From an uncultured virus (IMG/VR IMGVR_UViG_3300010001_000023) (Duplodnaviria > Heunggongvirae > Uroviricota > Caudoviricetes): a stretch of DNA of 64,000 bases. Positions 59,929 to 64,000 of this stretch are shown one piece after another. The stretch spans positions 62,001-126,000 of the IMG/VR virus record IMGVR_UViG_3300010001_000023; one strand, given 5' to 3'. Below the pieces are notes generated by a model that saw only the letters and a program-made list of their open reading frames with translations, made no database searches and had not been told where the DNA came from. The position numbers and the translations under genes are program-made. Numbering within the stretch: position 1 is the first letter of the stretch; the number at the start of each line of letters is the position of its first letter.

Positions 59929-59992
59929 TGTCCTTTTCCATCTCTTTCTATATAATTTGTTTTTTGTCGGTTTCCCTTTTACCGATATAAGA

Positions 59993-60057
59993 ATTATACC
60001 ATGAATTCATATTGTGTGTCAACCCCTATTGACTATCTATAATTTATCTAGTATAAT
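59993..60057. promoter_or_regulatory. Back-to-back divergent SigA promoters
   Basis: + strand: TTGACT(60029)-17 nt-TATAAT(60052-60057). - strand: TTGACA(60022-60017)-18 nt-TATAAT(59998-59993), with a TGn extension. Confidence 0.8.
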
Positions 60058-60113
60058 GATAATAGTTCTTAAATAAGGACTAAATTTAATAGAGAATAAA
60101 AGGAGATTGTTAA

Positions 60114-62393
60114 ATGGAAAAAGTTTATAAGGAATTTGATGAAAGGTTAATTGTTACCAAAGAAGTGTTTTATAGTGATAACTCTTCATTCGGAGTTTAT
60201 GGGTTTAAATTTGAAGACGAAGTAAACAAGGAAGTTAAGTTACATCCCATCTATAAAAACTTTACAATTGTAGGAACAGTTCCACAATTAGTAGAAGGTA
60301 AATCATATATGGTTCATTTTACTGAAGCATATGATGAGAAAAAAGGTGTAGATATTTATAAGTTCATCAAAGTTAAATCAGATGGAGTCAAAGGTAAAGA
60401 AGCAAACCATGCTTTTATTCGTGCTATGCTCACTGATATTCAAGCTGACAATATTATCTTAAACTTTTATGATAGAGAAGAATTAGTCAAGGATATTCTT
60501 ACTGATAAAGTTAACTTAACTCAAGTTGAAGGTATCGGAGAGATTGTAGCGGAAAAAATAAAATTGAAACTCAGTGATGTTGATGATTACAGTACAGCAA
60601 TTATAGAACTCGCCCCGCTTGGAGTTGGAATTAATTCCATTAAAAAATTAGTAGACCACTTTGGTGATGTTCAAAAACTTTTAGAGGTGTTAAATAAAAA
60701 TATATATCGGCTAACAGAGGTAGATGGCTTTGGTTTTAAGAAGATAGATAAATTGGCTTTAGAATTAGGAATAAGTAAAAATGACCCTCGAAGAATAAAA
60801 GCGGGATCAATCTACGTTATCCAAGAATTAGTTAATTTATCTGGGAGTACGAAAATAGATGTAGAGTTATTTGATAAAAAAATGTGTGATATTTTAGAAG
60901 TTGAAGAAGTGGATTCTGAATTATTCACTAAAATTATGAAGGATGAAAGAATCTACTATGACAAAGGGTTTATCAGCTTGAAGACATATCGAGAAGAAGA
61001 ATACCAAATCGTACAGAAGCTTAGAAGTATTCGAGACAACTTTAACAGTGAATATTCAGAAGAAGTAATTACAAATGCTATTACAATGAATGAATTAAAA
61101 AATGGATTTAAATTTACAGATGAGCAAAAAGAAGCTATACACAAAGGTATTCAAAATGGAGTCTTGGTACTAGATGGAGTAGCTGGTGCAGGGAAAAGCA
61201 AACTGGTGAAGGTTATTATTGATGTTATCTCTAAACATCTAGCTGTCTCCTTGTCAGGTAAAGCAGTTAATGTATTATCATTAAACGAAATGACAGCAGC
61301 AACTATACATAGAGCATTATCTCGACATATTACCATAGATCCTAAATCAGAGGAATCCTATCTTGACTATGATATTATTATAGTAGACGAAGCTTCTATG
61401 ATTGATAACAGTATTTTTAATTGGCTTCTTTCTTATATTACAGATGGTACTCAACTGGTAATAGTAGGGGATAGTGGTCAATTACCTGCGATTGGTAGAG
61501 GTGCTGTTTTCGACTATCTTTTGTCTTCTACAGAGTTCGCTAGAGCCACACTTACTAAAGTTCACAGACAAGCTTTAGATAGTGGCACATTAACTGTTGC
61601 AAATGAAGTGAGAAAAGGTAATCAATTTAGAAGTTCAAGCGAAACAGGTTTAAAAGTTTTTGGGAATAACAAAGACTTTTATTATTTTTCATACAATGAT
61701 AAAACTTTAATCCTTAATGATATTATCCTCACTGTAAAAAAATACATAAGTAACCCTGAGAAAAACCTCGATGACATTCAAGTTATTACTGGACTGAAAT
61801 CAAAAGGTGAATTATCCGTAATGAATCTAAATAAATTATTACAACCAATTTTTAATCCTCCTAAAGTATCAGATGATGAATTGACTAATTCTAACTATAC
61901 TTTCCGAGTAGGAGACAGAGTTATTCAACAAGGTAACAATTATAAAGCTAGAATTATGACAAAGACTCAGTTTGCAGATTACACAAATGGTTTTGTTAAA
62001 ATGAACGCTATTCAATTTGAGTCCACTGAAGTCTTTAACGGAACGTTTGGTAAAATTATAGGTTGTGCTGAAGGATATGGAATGTTAATTGATTTTGAAG
62101 GAATTGATGGATTAGTTTTCTATCAGAAAGATGAAGATGATGACGAAATAGGAGTATTAGATTTAGGTTATGCAATCACTTGTCATCGTTCACAGGGTTC
62201 AGGATTTAAAACTTTAATTATTGCAGTTACATATAACGACTATATGTTGTTAAGTCGTCAATTCTTATATACTGCCTTAACTCGTACTATAGATCAATGC
62301 TTCCTCTTCGGAGAATCCAAAGCTGTACAATATGCCATTAAAACTGATAAAGGCAAAAATAGAAAATGTTTTATTGGTGAGTTTCTTAAATAA
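60114..62393 (+). CDS. recD2: RecD2-like SF1B helicase
   Basis: HhH motifs VEGIG and VDGFGFKKID, GVAGAGKS, IIVDEASM, VGDSGQLPAIG, YAITCHRSQGS, LYTALTR. Confidence 0.9.
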   Translation: MEKVYKEFDERLIVTKEVFYSDNSSFGVYGFKFEDEVNKEVKLHPIYKNFTIVGTVPQLVEGKSYMVHFTEAYDEKKGVDIYKFIKVKSDGVKGKEANHAFIRAMLTDIQADNIILNFYDREELVKDILTDKVNLTQVEGIGEIVAEKIKLKLSDVDDYSTAIIELAPLGVGINSIKKLVDHFGDVQKLLEVLNKNIYRLTEVDGFGFKKIDKLALELGISKNDPRRIKAGSIYVIQELVNLSGSTKIDVELFDKKMCDILEVEEVDSELFTKIMKDERIYYDKGFISLKTYREEEYQIVQKLRSIRDNFNSEYSEEVITNAITMNELKNGFKFTDEQKEAIHKGIQNGVLVLDGVAGAGKSKLVKVIIDVISKHLAVSLSGKAVNVLSLNEMTAATIHRALSRHITIDPKSEESYLDYDIIIVDEASMIDNSIFNWLLSYITDGTQLVIVGDSGQLPAIGRGAVFDYLLSSTEFARATLTKVHRQALDSGTLTVANEVRKGNQFRSSSETGLKVFGNNKDFYYFSYNDKTLILNDIILTVKKYISNPEKNLDDIQVITGLKSKGELSVMNLNKLLQPIFNPPKVSDDELTNSNYTFRVGDRVIQQGNNYKARIMTKTQFADYTNGFVKMNAIQFESTEVFNGTFGKIIGCAEGYGMLIDFEGIDGLVFYQKDEDDDEIGVLDLGYAITCHRSQGSGFKTLIIAVTYNDYMLLSRQFLYTALTRTIDQCFLFGESKAVQYAIKTDKGKNRKCFIGEFLK

Positions 62394-62875
62394 ATTATAA
62401 AAAAATTAGTTCTTAGGGTCTTGAAATTGCTGACGCAATTCCGCTTAGTGCTTCACATTAACGCTACGCTTATAATGTTCATCACATAGAAAGAATCTTC
62501 ACGAACGACTTTTATGAAGCGTAGCGAATAAAACAAAGTTCAAGCGGAATGTAGCGTAGCGAAATGAGCATGAGCGATAGCGACACTTTCAAAAAAATAA
62601 ATCATAGGTAAATAGGCTTGAGCCTTACAGCCACAAGGGATTGAGCAAAAATAGTATAGATTTGAAGGATACATAGGGTTTATATTATTACCTATGAGGG
62701 GTTCAAACCTATACTAATTTTTTAAAATTGCCTTGTTCCACTAGGGAAAAATGGACTAAAAACAGGAGAAAAAAATATGGGACATTATTAATACTATAAT
62801 ATAATACCTTTAGTGCAATTAAAGTCCCATATTATTTTTACTAAAATTTAAATAAAAACAAGACAGGAGAAAATT

Positions 62876-64000
62876 ATGAAAAAAGATTATCCGTTAGATT
62901 TATTAAAAACTATAGAAAACAAAACAGTTACACTTAAAGAACTGATAGATATGTTTGGAACTGAAGCACAAACTAGAAATTTTTATACAAAAGGAAAAAT
63001 TCCTAAAGACCAAATGGAATCTATCAAGAAGAAAATTGATAAATATTATATTAAGTTTGAAGAAATCCCTGATAAAAAAGATAAACGCAAGAAAAATTAT
63101 AAGATTGGCAAATTACATAATCCTGATGGTAAACCTTTGGTCACAGAATCGTGGAAGTCATTAGACAAAAGAAAACAACTCGCTAAAAGTATTGATCTTT
63201 TGGTTATTAGTGCATTAGTTAAAAATAATAATGAACTTGATGGTAAAACTTATACTATTGGTCGCTGGATGAAGGAAATAGGTTTTATGTCTGAGGAAGA
63301 ATACAATGATTCTCGTACTGTGAAATATGGAAATAAATATTACAATGAAAATGAGCCAACAGTTAAAGAGATTCAGGGGATTATAAAAAAGCTGGAAGAA
63401 GAAAAAGTTATAGAAGAGAATGTAAATTATACGGAGAACGCATATATGCTGCAAGATTATTTTACTACTACCAATTTAGCACAAGCATTTAAAGAATCAT
63501 TAGCTAGGCTAGAACGCACTAGGATTATTGTATCAGGAGAGTTCATTAAAGCTAAGTTACGAGGTAGTGAAACCTTTATCACATTAGATGAGATTGTGTT
63601 TTCAACTATCGTGTCAGGAGAACAGAAAATTAAAGAGGATTTAGAAAGAAAAGGTAAAAGTATTAATGGCTCAGAATTTAATAAACTTAAAGACAAATTT
63701 TATGAGAATATTGAATATATAGATTCAAAAGGTGATAAACAAAGCATTTCTATTGATTTCTACTTTAGAGCCACAATGATACAAACTAAGACAACTAAAT
63801 CAAGAACATTTAAATATATTGAACGCAATGGTAAAGAAATATTGGAACAATACAAAAAAGACAGAGAAAATTTATGGCAAAATGAAATCGCTTTACTGAA
63901 AGCTGAAAAGTTTGAAAGAATGAATAATGAATTACATAGACAGAAAGACAACTATATTGATTGGACTCAAAAAAAATATGAAAAGGATCGAGATAATGTC
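62876..64000 (+). CDS. Hypothetical protein, 3'-truncated by the window (candidate replication initiator)
   Basis: RBS AGGAGA, ATG at 62876 (MKKDYPLDLLKTIENK...), frame appears open to the window end; Lys/Glu-rich. Confidence 0.7.
   Translation, partial: MKKDYPLDLLKTIENKTVTLKELIDMFGTEAQTRNFYTKGKIPKDQMESIKKKIDKYYIKFEEIPDKKDKRKKNYKIGKLHNPDGKPLVTESWKSLDKRKQLAKSIDLLVISALVKNNNELDGKTYTIGRWMKEIGFMSEEEYNDSRTVKYGNKYYNENEPTVKEIQGIIKKLEEEKVIEENVNYTENAYMLQDYFTTTNLAQAFKESLARLERTRIIVSGEFIKAKLRGSETFITLDEIVFSTIVSGEQKIKEDLERKGKSINGSEFNKLKDKFYENIEYIDSKGDKQSISIDFYFRATMIQTKTTKSRTFKYIERNGKEILEQYKKDRENLWQNEIALLKAEKFERMNNELHRQKDNYIDWTQKKYEKDRDNV

Noticed and set aside
62955..63951. Short ORFs listed in the track at the right end
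   Set aside because: All overlap the long frame starting at 62876, which the track missed because it has no stop in the window

Overview
A continuous 64-kb stretch of a large, AT-rich, SPbeta-like temperate siphophage; no host chromosomal genes are visible. The host is probably in the Staphylococcaceae (inferred from holin, lysin and tail-gene types). On the + strand (1-8.3 kb) lie a nucleotide-metabolism cluster (intein-containing nrdE, nrdF, dNMP kinase, NrdH-like redoxin, MazG-like dUTPase, RusA-like resolvase), a large serine recombinase and a small gene behind a LexA box. On the - strand (8.4-59.9 kb) are lysis, tail, head and packaging genes. These include a terminase large subunit split in its Walker A motif by a group I intron with a LAGLIDADG homing endonuclease, a tyrosine recombinase inside the tail operon, a dispersin-B-like GH20 enzyme, a 1.35-kb non-coding block with tRNA-Pro, tRNA-His and further structured RNA candidates, a phosphoesterase and an HU-like protein. 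On the + strand (60.1-64 kb) are a RecD2-like helicase, an origin-like region and a truncated ORF. The most striking lead: the major tail gene has a 26-aa in-frame extension behind a UGA that resembles the first two strands of an Fn3/Ig fold, while the GH20 enzyme begins with what resembles the rest of that fold. This suggests a read-through-controlled, split-domain way to display a biofilm-degrading enzyme on the tail (a hypothesis). All family calls come from motif recognition by eye; no searches were run.
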